A stretch of 64,000 nt of DNA from contig DATAPF010000683.1 in NCBI GenBank assembly GCA_036265355.1, positions 35,457 to 99,456 on the forward strand, given 5' to 3'. This document shows positions 16,757 to 26,435 of this stretch, piece by piece (position 1 is the first letter of the stretch; every line of letters starts with the position of its first letter). Source of the DNA: Kofleriaceae bacterium (GTDB lineage Bacteria > Myxococcota_A > Polyangia > Haliangiales > Haliangiaceae). The position numbers were made by a program, and so were the translations under genes. The notes under the pieces were generated by a model. It was not told where the DNA came from. It saw nothing but the letters and a program-made list of their open reading frames with translations, and ran no database searches.

Positions 16757-19261
16757 TCAGGGCTCATCGTCGGCATCGCTGGCGCCGTAGCCGTCCGGCG
16801 CGCCGATCGGCGGGCCGTCGGGCGGCTCGGCGGGCGGCGCCTCGAGCCGGTGCGGCTCGCGGTCGAGCTCGGCGATCTGCCGCACGGCGTAGGCGAGGTG
16901 GGCGCGCTCGGCGACGTCTGCGGTGCGCGCGGCGGCGGCCGCCGCCCAGCTGCGCAAGGCCTCCAGCTCGGCGCTGGCGATCGCGCGGCTCTGCGCCGAG
17001 GCCGCCGGGCTCTGCGACAGCGCGATCAGGTCGTTCAGCACGACCTGATCGACCACGCGGCCGATCTCGCCGCGCAGGCCGGCCTCGCGCCGGGCCTTCC
17101 AGCTCGCGGCGAGGATCGCGTCGAGCACCTCGGTGAGACCGGGGCTGTCCGGCGTGCGGGCGTGCTGCTCGATCAGCCGCGCGGCGCGCTCGGGGGTGAA
17201 CAGGAACTGCAGCGTGTGCTGGGCGGCGGCCTCGGCGGGGGCGAGCGCATCGAACACCGGCGAGGTCCGGATCTTGAAGTGCTCGCGTCCGCGCGGATAC
17301 TCCGGCGGGCGCGGCGGGATCAGCGACGCGAGCGGCTCGGGCAGCGCGAGCGCGGCGGGCGACAGCGCGGCGAGCACGGCGGTGAGCGCGCGGCGCTGCT
17401 CGGCGGGGGCGACCGGACGGGTCGCGAGCTGGCCGTCGCCGCGCAGCGCGAACGTGTAGTCGACGCCGCCGAGCAGCTTGGCCGCGGCCTCGACCTGGTA
17501 GCGATGCAGCATGTAGAGCGGGACCAGCGCGTCCTCCAGGGTGGCCAGCGGCGCGCGGTCGCGGATGCTGGCCTCGCCGAACCGCGCCAGCGCCGCGGCG
17601 CGGAGCTGCATGATCCGGCCGAGCTCGTCGACCGGGTTGCCGCCGGCGTCCCACAGGTGCGCGACGCTGCTCGCCGAGCCGGCCGGCCGCGCGTCCTGAT
17701 CGGTCAGGAACCGCTGGCCGGCGGTGAACGCAGCGAGCAGCACCTGCTCTCCGGCGGCGCGATCGTCGGTGCCGGGCGGGACCTGCTGGTAGCCCCAGGT
17801 GATCGCGACCTTGTCCCACGCGCCGATCCCGGTCGCGTAGGCCGCCGACGGATCGAGCGCGCCGTCGGGGCGCAGCGCGACCACCGGCGGCGGGTAGTCC
17901 ATCACCGAGGCGCGGCCGACCGTGCTCGCCGCGTAGTTGTGCATCAGGCCGAGCGTGTGGCCGACCTCGTGCGCGGCGAGCTGGCGCAGCCGGGCCAGCA
18001 CGAGCTGCTGCGCCGCCGGCGACGGCCCGGCCGCCGCGCCCTTGCCGTACGGCGCGAGCAGCGCCTCGGCGATCAGGTAGTCCTGGCGCGCGCGCAGCGA
18101 GCCGAGCGAGACGTGGCCCTTGAGGATCTCGCCGGTCCGCGGGTCGATCACCGTCGAGCCGTACGACCAGCCCCGGGTCGCGCGGTGGATCCACTGGATC
18201 ACGTTGTAGCGCAGGTCCATCGGGTCGGCGCCCTCGGGCAACAGCTCGACGCGGAACGCGTTGCGGTAGCCCGCGGCCTCGAACGCGGCGTTCCACCACC
18301 GCGCGCCCTCGAGCAGCGCGCCGCGGACCGGCTCGGGCACGCCGCGATCGAGGTAGTACACGATCGGCCGGACCGGATCGCTGATCGCCGCCGTCGGGTC
18401 CTTCTTCTCCAGCCGGTGGCGGGCGGCCCAGCGCTGCACGATCGGCTCGCTGAACGGCGTCGCGTAATCCTGATACGAGATGCCGAAGAAGCTCGATCGC
18501 GGGTCGTAGGCGCGCGGCCGGAACCCGGGCGGGGGCAGCTCGACGAACGAGTGGTGCTCGCGCACGGTGATCGCGCCGGGCGTCGGGGTGACCTGGCGGA
18601 CCCACGCGCCCGGGTCGTCGCCGGCGAACGTCAGCGTGGCCTCGACCTCGGTGTTGCGCGGGAAGCTCCTGGTGTGGTCGAGCACCAGCGCGCAGCGCGA
18701 GGCGTCGACGTGAAACGCGCCCTGGCCGGTGTGCTTGAGCGTCGCCGGGATGTCGTGGGCGTCGCGCAGGAAGAACTCGGTCGCGTCGACCAGCGCCCGG
18801 CCGCCGGTCTCGGCCGCGACGCTGAACCCCCACAGCGCCGACTCGGCGAACGACTCGCGGACCGCGCGCTCCTCGTCGGGCAGCGCGCCGACCGCGCGGT
18901 ATGCCAGGTTCGATTGCACCAGCAGCACCCGGGGGCCGATCCGCTCGAACCGGACCACCCGGGTCGCGCCGAGCTGGCCGCGATCGAGCCCGATGTCGTT
19001 CGAGCCGATCCCGGCGGGCAGCGCGCTCTGGTAGAGGAACTCCTGCTGCCACTGCCCGATCTCCAGCCACAGCTTGCCGGCGCGCTCGTCCCAGTACAGG
19101 TTGAACAGCCCCGGCATCGCCCGTGCGCCGGCCACCTTGTCGGCGATCGCCGGCATCGCCGGCGCGGCTGCGCCCGGCGGCTTCGGGGCGGTGCGCGGCG
19201 CAGCAGCGGCGGCACAGGCGGCGGTGAGCGCGAGCCAGACGGGGACCGAGCGCGAGAGCAT
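16757..19261 (-). CDS. Secreted zinc-dependent metalloprotease (large, DUF5117/DUF4953-type family)
   Basis: 834 aa with signal peptide MLSRSVPVWLALTAACAAAAA. Zincin motif HEVGHTLGLMHN is followed by SVMDYPPP. The family assignment is from memory of similarly sized zinc-dependent metalloprotease proteins. Confidence 0.85.
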   Translation of the reverse strand: MLSRSVPVWLALTAACAAAAAPRTAPKPPGAAAPAMPAIADKVAGARAMPGLFNLYWDERAGKLWLEIGQWQQEFLYQSALPAGIGSNDIGLDRGQLGATRVVRFERIGPRVLLVQSNLAYRAVGALPDEERAVRESFAESALWGFSVAAETGGRALVDATEFFLRDAHDIPATLKHTGQGAFHVDASRCALVLDHTRSFPRNTEVEATLTFAGDDPGAWVRQVTPTPGAITVREHHSFVELPPPGFRPRAYDPRSSFFGISYQDYATPFSEPIVQRWAARHRLEKKDPTAAISDPVRPIVYYLDRGVPEPVRGALLEGARWWNAAFEAAGYRNAFRVELLPEGADPMDLRYNVIQWIHRATRGWSYGSTVIDPRTGEILKGHVSLGSLRARQDYLIAEALLAPYGKGAAAGPSPAAQQLVLARLRQLAAHEVGHTLGLMHNYAASTVGRASVMDYPPPVVALRPDGALDPSAAYATGIGAWDKVAITWGYQQVPPGTDDRAAGEQVLLAAFTAGQRFLTDQDARPAGSASSVAHLWDAGGNPVDELGRIMQLRAAALARFGEASIRDRAPLATLEDALVPLYMLHRYQVEAAAKLLGGVDYTFALRGDGQLATRPVAPAEQRRALTAVLAALSPAALALPEPLASLIPPRPPEYPRGREHFKIRTSPVFDALAPAEAAAQHTLQFLFTPERAARLIEQHARTPDSPGLTEVLDAILAASWKARREAGLRGEIGRVVDQVVLNDLIALSQSPAASAQSRAIASAELEALRSWAAAAAARTADVAERAHLAYAVRQIAELDREPHRLEAPPAEPPDGPPIGAPDGYGASDADDEP

Positions 19262-19342
19262 GGATACCTCCGCCGCATGCGTATCACCATCGCGCGGCGC
19301 GAGGGGTACGGGGTGTCAGAGCCGGCCGGTAGGGTAGCGCCC

Positions 19343-20317
19343 ATGCAGCTGGTCGAGATCGGACGCAACGAGCCCTGCCCGTGCGGCAGCGGCCGCAAGT
19401 ACAAGAAGTGCTGCCTCGCGGCGCGCGACGCCGCGGTCGCCGCGGAGCCGGAGATGGTGGCTGCCGTCGACCAGGCGATCGAGGACGACGACTGGGAGGC
19501 GCTGCACGACCGCATGGATGCAGGGATGGCCGTGTTCCAGCGCGGCGCGCCCCTGGAGCACGTCCGGTTCCCGCAGGATCAGATCCGCTCGCGCAACCCC
19601 GATCGCGCGGAGATGGCGAAGATGTGCAGCGCCGGCTGGCTCCGCCGCGCCGAGCTGGAGATCGCGCACGTGCTCGACCGCTTCCGGCTCGACGCCGCGC
19701 AGCGCGACGGCCTGCGCCTGGCGGCCTACCTGCTGCGCCGGTTCGGCGCGGTGTCGCCCACGGTCGAGGAGGTCGCCCAGCTCCAGGTCGCCGAGCACAT
19801 GCAGCGCGTGCGGCGGTTCGCCGAGGCGGTGTCCTCCCGCGGGCTCACCATGGAGGAGGTGATGGCCGACATGGACGGCCTGCTCGGCTGGATCGAGCGC
19901 GTCCGGCCCACGGTGCTGTCGTTCGCCGAGTGGTTCGCGCTGCGGATCGCCACCGACGAGCAGATCCACGGGAGATGGCTGTCCGGCATCTCCATGCGGG
20001 TGTGCGAGGCCTGCCTCGACCAGCTCGAGGATCCATCCGGCGAGGATCCGCGCATCTGGCTGCTGCTCGCGGCGTCCACGTTGTTCGTCGATCGCTCGCC
20101 GCTCGGCCGCGTGCTCGCGGAGCTGACCTCGCCGCGCCAGCTGACCGAGTCCGAGCGGATGCTCCATGCAGGGCTCGCCGGCACACAGCCGACCCAGGAG
20201 CTTCGGGGCTTCGTGCCCCGGAGCGTCCGCGAGACGGAAGGCCGCGGGGACTTCGCCGACGCCGCGCTGTTGCGCGCGCTGATCCAGGACGTTCAGAGCT
20301 CGCACGGGTCCAGATGA
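19343..20317 (+). CDS. SEC-C motif domain protein, otherwise uncharacterised and helical
   Basis: ATG 19343 gives MQLVEIGRNEPCPCGSGRKYKKCC (SEC-C metal-binding motif) at the N-terminus. The upstream part of listed ORF 16850..20317 is antisense to the protease and is rejected. An alternative ATG at 19277 lies only 15 nt from the divergent gene. Confidence 0.75.
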   Translation: MQLVEIGRNEPCPCGSGRKYKKCCLAARDAAVAAEPEMVAAVDQAIEDDDWEALHDRMDAGMAVFQRGAPLEHVRFPQDQIRSRNPDRAEMAKMCSAGWLRRAELEIAHVLDRFRLDAAQRDGLRLAAYLLRRFGAVSPTVEEVAQLQVAEHMQRVRRFAEAVSSRGLTMEEVMADMDGLLGWIERVRPTVLSFAEWFALRIATDEQIHGRWLSGISMRVCEACLDQLEDPSGEDPRIWLLLAASTLFVDRSPLGRVLAELTSPRQLTESERMLHAGLAGTQPTQELRGFVPRSVRETEGRGDFADAALLRALIQDVQSSHGSR

Positions 20318-20413
20318 TCGCGATGCGGAACGCACGATGCGCTCGTCGACCCTATATTATTAATGCTTGGGCAAGAGAAGCCAATCGACGATCGACTCTA
20401 TTAGGGTAACACC

Positions 20414-23400
20414 TCACGATATCGGCTCACCACATTCCGGGCGAACGAAGCAGGCTTGCCATCCTCTTTCCAATCCGAACGATCCATCTCCTTGCTGAAT
20501 TGAGAAAAGGTGTTTACATTCATCCCTTTTCATTCCGGGGCAGACTGCTTCGCAAGCTTTGCGCGCACCATCGATGGCCTCCTTTCGGTCCATCGCGTCA
20601 AAGCAGATCGTTGATCTAACCCTGTTGGGACCAGGCCGTGGCCCTGGTGGAGCTGGCACACACGAAGCAGCTGTGTGCTCCGCCGTGCTCCCCACCGTAG
20701 GACCGCCGAACGGGCCGGCCCCAGACTGATAACTGGAGGGTTGAGGGTCGAACATGGGCATGATGACCGGCGCAATCGAAGCTCGGTCCAGCGCGGATGT
20801 GATGCGGAGGAAGGCATGGTTGGGGCGGAAAGGCACCTGGCTGGGTGCGGTTCCGGTGATGTCGAACCAGTTGATGGGGTCGGCAAAGCTGTATGTATAG
20901 AGATTTGACCCACCCGCAAAGCGGCCAGGGTCCTTGCTCGTCCACCGCCCGGTTGCACCATCGTATTCCCTCGCGCCGAAGTGTACGAGTCCGGTGTCCT
21001 TGTCGTACAGGCCACCCGCGAAGCCGAACGGCTGGAAGCCCGGGCTCGAGTCCGTCAGAACCTTGCCCCATGGATCGTAGGTGATCGACTGCATCACGGT
21101 TCCGTCCGAGGTACGGACGACACTTCGGACGCTGCCGAGGTGATCGGTGATGATCGCGTACGTCGCCCCGCCGCGGATGAAGTAGGCGGGCGTGTGCGAC
21201 AGCGGGCCGTAGACGTACCGCGTCGTCACCGTGCCGGATGCGTTTACCTCGGCCGCGACTTGCCGGGAGTTGCGGTACACGAATCGGTTCGTGATCGATC
21301 CGTTGAGCAGTCGAGTGATCCTTCGCCCCAAGGCGTCAAGGCCATACGTTACCGTGCCTCGACCGGCCGGAAGCGCGGCGCTGAGGAGCTGGCCGCGACC
21401 GTCGTAGGTGTACGTCGTGACGCTGGTCCCGGACGTGACAGTGGAAAGCTCACCATTGGCCGTGTACGTGTACGTCGCACCGAAGCCGGCCGTCATCCGG
21501 TCCTGCGCGTCGATGACCGCGCCGCCGTCGGTGCGGTTGCCGTTCGCGTCGTACGTGTACGTTGCGTCGACGACCCCGTTCTTGGTGGTGCCGATCAGGC
21601 GGCTATTCGCGTCGTAGGAGTAGCCGAACGTCGTCGACTTTTCCTTCTTGGTCTCGACGCGCGCCAACGAATCGAAGGTGTACGTCGGCGCGTACACCGT
21701 CGTGCCCGGGGCCGTCACGGTGAGCTTTTTCATCGCGCCGAACGCATCGTAGCTGTACGACCACTGGATGCCATCGACCGACGCATCCGTGGCTTGGCCA
21801 GTCGAGTCGCGCGTGATCGATAGCGCGCCGACGTCGGTGATCAGACCGTCGAGATCGCGGAGCACATGGATGGTCGTGCCGGTGCCGACCCGCTCGCTGG
21901 CGACCCGGAGCTTGGCGTCGTACGTCCACCGCACCACACCCGGTGCGGCACCGGTCGCGGTGACCACCGTCAGCAGGAAGCCATCGTAGCTGTACGCTAG
22001 CGAGTTGCCCGACGGACCGGTGAGGCTCGCCAAGCGGCCTGCGGCGTCGTACGCCGCGCCGATGGTGCTCACGCCGAAGGTCAGCGTTGCCACCCGCCCC
22101 ACAGCGTCACGGCTCACCGCGATCGTCGAGCCATCTGCGCGTGTCTCGCTCGCGAACGCCTGGTCGCCATCGTACGACGTGAGCGTGGCGGGACTACCCG
22201 GTGGCATGTACGACGTCTCGTTGTCGTCGCCGTTGTAGGCCAAGCCGTGTGCCGGCTTTCCCGGTGGCGCAACGCTGGTCGCGTTGTCAGCTGGGTCGTA
22301 TCCAATCGCCAGTGTCCCTCCGTCGGGATGAACCACCGACGTCACACGACCGACGGCGTCGCGCAGCGTCCGCACGGCGTTGCCCTGCGCGTCATGGATC
22401 TCCGCCAGGAACCCGCTGGTCGCGTCGTAGACGGCATCGATGTGGCGCGTGCCCTGCGCGATCGAGGCGACGCGGCCGTGCGCATCGTAGCTGACGGTCA
22501 CCGGCGTGATGCCTGGGACGGTCAGCTGGGTCGTGCGGCCGTGCGCGTCGACGACCGACGACAACACGCGACCGCTCGGGGTGGTCCACGTCGTGGTCCG
22601 CGTCGCCGCATCCCACAGCCGGTCCCACGTGCCGTCGGCATCATCGGTCGACGTGTCGAGCTGGGTCAGCGAGGTCAGCGCACCGCTGCCGTCCGCGAAC
22701 GTCGCGGTCGAGGTCGTGCTCGCCGACGCGATCAGACCGCTCGGCAGCGTGATCGTCTGCTCACCGACGAGCGGCGCGAGCATGCCCCACTGCGGGTCGG
22801 GGTCCTCTCGCACGACGCTGACCGTTCCGTCGGGATAGGTCGTGGTGCTCGTGCCATCGCTGCCGCGCGTCCACGAGAGCTTCGTTCCGTCTTCGTAGGT
22901 CAGCGCGCGCTGCTCGGTGCCGTCGAGAAGGACCTGGAGATCGTGACCGCGCGTGCGGCCGAGCGCCGTTGCCACATCGACGTGCACCGGGGTGCTGGAG
23001 GTGCGGGTCAAGGTCCAGCGCGCCCCGGCGGGGCTGGTGTCGGTCGCGAGCCGACCCTGGGCATCGTAGGTCATCACGTGGCTGCCGCCGCGCGGATCGA
23101 CGAGCTGGGTGAGCCGCCCTCCGGCCTGGTACGACAGCGCGGTCACGCGGCCGAGCGGATCGGTCGCGCTCGCGAGGTTGCCGTCGGCGTCGTAGCTCAG
23201 CGTCATGGTCTGCCCGAACGGGGCGTGGATCGCGGTCGCGCGTCCGGCGCCGTCGCGCTCCAGCGTGACCGCGTTGCCATCGGCATCGGTGACGCTGGTC
23301 AGGTAGCCGTCCGCGTCGTAGCCGAAGCTCTGCACAACCGCGAAGGTCGAGCCGTTCAGCGTCTGCAGGTGGCGGCCGGTGCCGTCGAACACGTACACGA

Positions 23401-26194
23401 AGCTGCCGTCCTGCTCGGGAATCACGATCTGCGTGCCCTGCTCGCGCGGCAGCGGCGCGCCCATGCGCAGCACGCGATCGATGCCCTCGCTCGCGACCAG
23501 ATCGTCCGACGGGCTGACCGTCATCCCGCCGATCGCGCTGATCAGCAGCCGGCGCGTCGGCGTCGGGATCGCGTCGTCGTTGCCACCGCCTGCATGGGTC
23601 GAGATCGTCCCGCGCGGGTTGACCTTGCGGATCACCCCGCCCTGCAGCTCTGCGATGTACACGCTGCCGTCGGGCGCCACCGCCACCCGGAACGGTTCGT
23701 TCAGCGCCGCCTGCTTTGCGGAGCCGCCGTCGCCAGTGGTCGCGGCAATGCCGGTACCGGCGAACGTGTGGATCGTGCCGTCGGGGGTGATCCGGCGAAC
23801 CTTGTGGTACTCGCGCTCGGCCACGTACACGCTCCCGTCGGGCCCGACCGCGATGCCGAGCGGCGTGCCCAGGGTCGCCGCGCGGGCGCTGCCGCCTTCG
23901 CCATCCCCGGCCGTGGTCGCCAGGCCCGCGTAGACCCGCGCGCGGCCGTTGTTGCCGACGCGATAGACGAGCGAGACGTCCTGCACGTAGAGGGTGCCGT
24001 CGTCGGCCAGCGCGAGCTCCTCGGGCCGGTCGAGCAGCACGTCGCTGCCCGTCGCGGTTCCGGCATCGAGCAAGGTGCTGCCGCCGCCGAGGACGGTCCG
24101 GATCGTCCCGCCGGGATCGATGCAGCGCACCTTCGCGACCCCGGTGTCCGCGATGCACAGCGTGCCGTCGCCGCCGAGCGCCAGCCCACGCGGCTCGCTG
24201 AGCTGCGCCGCCGCGGCAGGCCCGCCGTCGCCGGCGGACCCCGCGACGCCGGTGCCCGCGATCGTGGTGATGATCCCCGCCGCGTCGATCTTGCGAACCC
24301 GGTGGTTGGCCGAATCGGCGACGAAGATCGCGCCGTCCGGGGCCGCCGCCACGCCGAGCGGCAGGTTCAGCTGCGCGTCGGTCGCCGGTCCGTTGTCGCC
24401 GGAGAACCCGGTGCCGTTGCCGCCCGCCTGCCGCTCGGTCACCGAGAACAGTCCCTGCGCATGGCGGCGGCGTCCGTCGCCGAAGTGCAGGACCTGGCTA
24501 TCCGGATCGTAGACGTGATGGCTCGACAGCGTCCATCCGCCGAGGCCGAGCGTGCTCGCGTGCCAGACCCCGACCGGGGCGTCATAGCGCCGCGCCAGCG
24601 TGATTTCCTGCCGGGTCGGGTCGGTGGTGAGCGTGGTCTGATCCGGGATCTCGCCGAACGCCGGGGTCTGCAGGTAGACGCCGTCGTAGACCAGCCCGAC
24701 GTTCACGCTCGCGAGCGTGGTTCCCGGCCAGGTCCGTCCGAACGCGTCGAGCCCATTCCACGTGAACGTGTGGGTCAGGTGGGGTGTCACGGTCGCATAC
24801 TCCGCGTGGGTTCGCACGCCGAGCACATCGACGTCCACGACCGCGCGCTTGACCCCGGGCGGCACAGTGTCGCCGGTGATCGGGATCGCGATCGAGAACT
24901 CGGCGGTCCGCCCGGGAACGCGGTCGCTCTCGTAATGAAGCGCCATCCCCGTGCCGACCAGGTCGATATCGTCGCCGAGCGTCTGATCCTCGCACGCGAT
25001 CGTCGACGCGCCGGACATCTCGCAGCGCTCGTCGCTGCGATCGCCGTTGCCGTCTGCCTCGACCGGCCCGTCCGCACCATCCGGGGGCGCCTGGCCGTCG
25101 TTGAAGTCGAGGAACGAGAAATGCGCGAGCGGGACGCGCCAGTACGACGTGCCGGCCGAAGCAAAGCCGGCGAGCGCCGCGAGCTCGCCGGGCGTTGCGC
25201 CAGCGAGATTGTCGGCCACGCCGTCGCCATCACCATCGAGCGCGAGCTGGCCATTCGCTCCTGTCACCACCGCGACGACGCGTCCGCTAGGCTCGGCGCT
25301 CCAGGTGTCGCCGGATGCGACGTAGGTCCCAGAGGGGACTGGCACGCCGACCTTCTTGTGCAGGAAATTATCGACGTAGGAGATGACGTTGGCGTCGAAC
25401 CGCACGGTCTTCGCAGCGCTCGCCTCGTCGAAGCCGAGCGCGGTCGCGTAGGTGTACGCCACGGTGGGCGCGATCTCGCCCGGCATCGCCGATGGGCCGA
25501 GCGCGCCGCGCGTGAACTCGGTGACGCGCAAGGTTCCGTGGGGCAGCGCGGACTGGGTGCCGTCCTGTGCAACTGCGGTCGCATGCACGCCGGGCGGAAA
25601 CAGCACGTGCATCGTCCGCGCTCCGTTGCTGTCGCTTACCGTGTCGCCCGCCGCAACTTGCCACGCCGACGCGCCGTTGAGGTCGACGGCGGTCGTCTTC
25701 GCCGAGGCCGGCAGCAGTGCGACATCGGGCAGCACGGCGTACTTGCCCCATCGCGTTCGAGCCGAGCGCTGCGCGGAGAACCGTCCGGCGGCGTCGATCC
25801 GCAGCGTGACGCGCCCTCCGCCTTGGACCACGAAGTCGAAGCTTCCGCTGGCGGGCGTGGTGATCGCGCCCCACTCGGGATGGCCGGGAATGCTGACCTG
25901 CGCGCCGGCGAGCGGTGCACCGCTCTCGTTGGTGACCCGGCCGCGAATCACCGCGGTCCGCGCGCGCGAGAAGGACGACTGCGCAGCGTTGTGCTGCACG
26001 GCCTGCCCGCGCGCACCGCCCTGGAACAGGAACTCCACCGAGTCGTAGAACGAGACCGCGCCGGTGGCATGGATGGGCGGCGGCCGCAGCCCTTCTGGTG
26101 AGCCGTCGCCGTCCACGTGGGACTCGCTGCATCCACTCGAGACCAATGCGGTCGCCATTGCGAGCGACACCGTTACGCCACTCCTGATCTTCAT
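20414..26194 (-). CDS. Lipoprotein Rhs/YD-repeat protein with NHL propeller (teneurin-like module order) and a 145-aa variable C-terminal tip
   Basis: Lipobox is MKIRSGVTVSLAMATALVSSGC. Next is a carboxypeptidase-regulatory-like segment (VIRGRVTNESGAPLAGAQVSI). NHL-type blades occupy residues about 590-915 (AGTGVAGSAGDGGPAAAAQLSEPRGLALGGDGTLCIAD etc.). Dozens of YD repeats follow (YDADGNLASATDPLGRVTALSY...). The Rhs core ends at GLVHFGAREYDGATGRWTSKDPGRFAGGSNLYTYSFADPINWFDITG, followed by a tail. Confidence 0.95.
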   Translation of the reverse strand: MKIRSGVTVSLAMATALVSSGCSESHVDGDGSPEGLRPPPIHATGAVSFYDSVEFLFQGGARGQAVQHNAAQSSFSRARTAVIRGRVTNESGAPLAGAQVSIPGHPEWGAITTPASGSFDFVVQGGGRVTLRIDAAGRFSAQRSARTRWGKYAVLPDVALLPASAKTTAVDLNGASAWQVAAGDTVSDSNGARTMHVLFPPGVHATAVAQDGTQSALPHGTLRVTEFTRGALGPSAMPGEIAPTVAYTYATALGFDEASAAKTVRFDANVISYVDNFLHKKVGVPVPSGTYVASGDTWSAEPSGRVVAVVTGANGQLALDGDGDGVADNLAGATPGELAALAGFASAGTSYWRVPLAHFSFLDFNDGQAPPDGADGPVEADGNGDRSDERCEMSGASTIACEDQTLGDDIDLVGTGMALHYESDRVPGRTAEFSIAIPITGDTVPPGVKRAVVDVDVLGVRTHAEYATVTPHLTHTFTWNGLDAFGRTWPGTTLASVNVGLVYDGVYLQTPAFGEIPDQTTLTTDPTRQEITLARRYDAPVGVWHASTLGLGGWTLSSHHVYDPDSQVLHFGDGRRRHAQGLFSVTERQAGGNGTGFSGDNGPATDAQLNLPLGVAAAPDGAIFVADSANHRVRKIDAAGIITTIAGTGVAGSAGDGGPAAAAQLSEPRGLALGGDGTLCIADTGVAKVRCIDPGGTIRTVLGGGSTLLDAGTATGSDVLLDRPEELALADDGTLYVQDVSLVYRVGNNGRARVYAGLATTAGDGEGGSARAATLGTPLGIAVGPDGSVYVAEREYHKVRRITPDGTIHTFAGTGIAATTGDGGSAKQAALNEPFRVAVAPDGSVYIAELQGGVIRKVNPRGTISTHAGGGNDDAIPTPTRRLLISAIGGMTVSPSDDLVASEGIDRVLRMGAPLPREQGTQIVIPEQDGSFVYVFDGTGRHLQTLNGSTFAVVQSFGYDADGYLTSVTDADGNAVTLERDGAGRATAIHAPFGQTMTLSYDADGNLASATDPLGRVTALSYQAGGRLTQLVDPRGGSHVMTYDAQGRLATDTSPAGARWTLTRTSSTPVHVDVATALGRTRGHDLQVLLDGTEQRALTYEDGTKLSWTRGSDGTSTTTYPDGTVSVVREDPDPQWGMLAPLVGEQTITLPSGLIASASTTSTATFADGSGALTSLTQLDTSTDDADGTWDRLWDAATRTTTWTTPSGRVLSSVVDAHGRTTQLTVPGITPVTVSYDAHGRVASIAQGTRHIDAVYDATSGFLAEIHDAQGNAVRTLRDAVGRVTSVVHPDGGTLAIGYDPADNATSVAPPGKPAHGLAYNGDDNETSYMPPGSPATLTSYDGDQAFASETRADGSTIAVSRDAVGRVATLTFGVSTIGAAYDAAGRLASLTGPSGNSLAYSYDGFLLTVVTATGAAPGVVRWTYDAKLRVASERVGTGTTIHVLRDLDGLITDVGALSITRDSTGQATDASVDGIQWSYSYDAFGAMKKLTVTAPGTTVYAPTYTFDSLARVETKKEKSTTFGYSYDANSRLIGTTKNGVVDATYTYDANGNRTDGGAVIDAQDRMTAGFGATYTYTANGELSTVTSGTSVTTYTYDGRGQLLSAALPAGRGTVTYGLDALGRRITRLLNGSITNRFVYRNSRQVAAEVNASGTVTTRYVYGPLSHTPAYFIRGGATYAIITDHLGSVRSVVRTSDGTVMQSITYDPWGKVLTDSSPGFQPFGFAGGLYDKDTGLVHFGAREYDGATGRWTSKDPGRFAGGSNLYTYSFADPINWFDITGTAPSQVPFRPNHAFLRITSALDRASIAPVIMPMFDPQPSSYQSGAGPFGGPTVGSTAEHTAASCVPAPPGPRPGPNRVRSTICFDAMDRKEAIDGARKACEAVCPGMKRDECKHLFSIQQGDGSFGLERGWQACFVRPECGEPIS

Positions 26195-26435
26195 TCGCGA
26201 AGCCTCCTGCTGGTCCGGCGTTCCGCGACACGGAACGATGTTCCCGGCGTCGCGAGCGGGTTGGTAGACGATGGCAAACCACGGCCGCCGCCATGGCGAG
26301 GCGCTGCCCTCGACGCAGCGCCGCCCGCGAACTCGGCGATGCTTGCCGCACGTCCTGGTGCTACCCAGGGTTCGGGGGTGTCAGGGCCCGAGCTACCCAA
26401 AGCACCCGTTCCACCGTACATGTGGATGGAACACC

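Noticed and set aside
16097-19261. A complete RiPP or bacteriocin biosynthetic gene cluster around the GG-leader peptide
   Set aside because: No radical-SAM, YcaO, lanthipeptide synthetase, C39-peptidase ABC transporter or immunity gene is present in the window. Only the precursor-like ORF itself is supported.
16850-19342. N-terminal 830 aa of the 1155-aa plus-strand ORF 16850..20317
   Set aside because: It is antisense to the zinc metalloprotease (HEVGHTLGLMHN on the minus strand). Only the part from ATG 19343 (SEC-C motif) looks like real protein.
19343-20317. SEC-C protein as the immunity partner of the Rhs tip
   Set aside because: It is convergent rather than co-oriented with the Rhs gene. 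It has the high G+C of the host rather than the AT-richer composition of the tip. At 324 aa it is also larger than most immunity proteins I know of. It is kept only as a control in the proposed toxicity test.
22247-26101. 1284-aa plus-strand ORF antisense to the Rhs gene (also 20981..21823 and 22761..24158)
   Set aside because: Composition is dominated by R/G/A/D/V with no motifs. The opposite strand encodes an unmistakable NHL/YD/Rhs protein.
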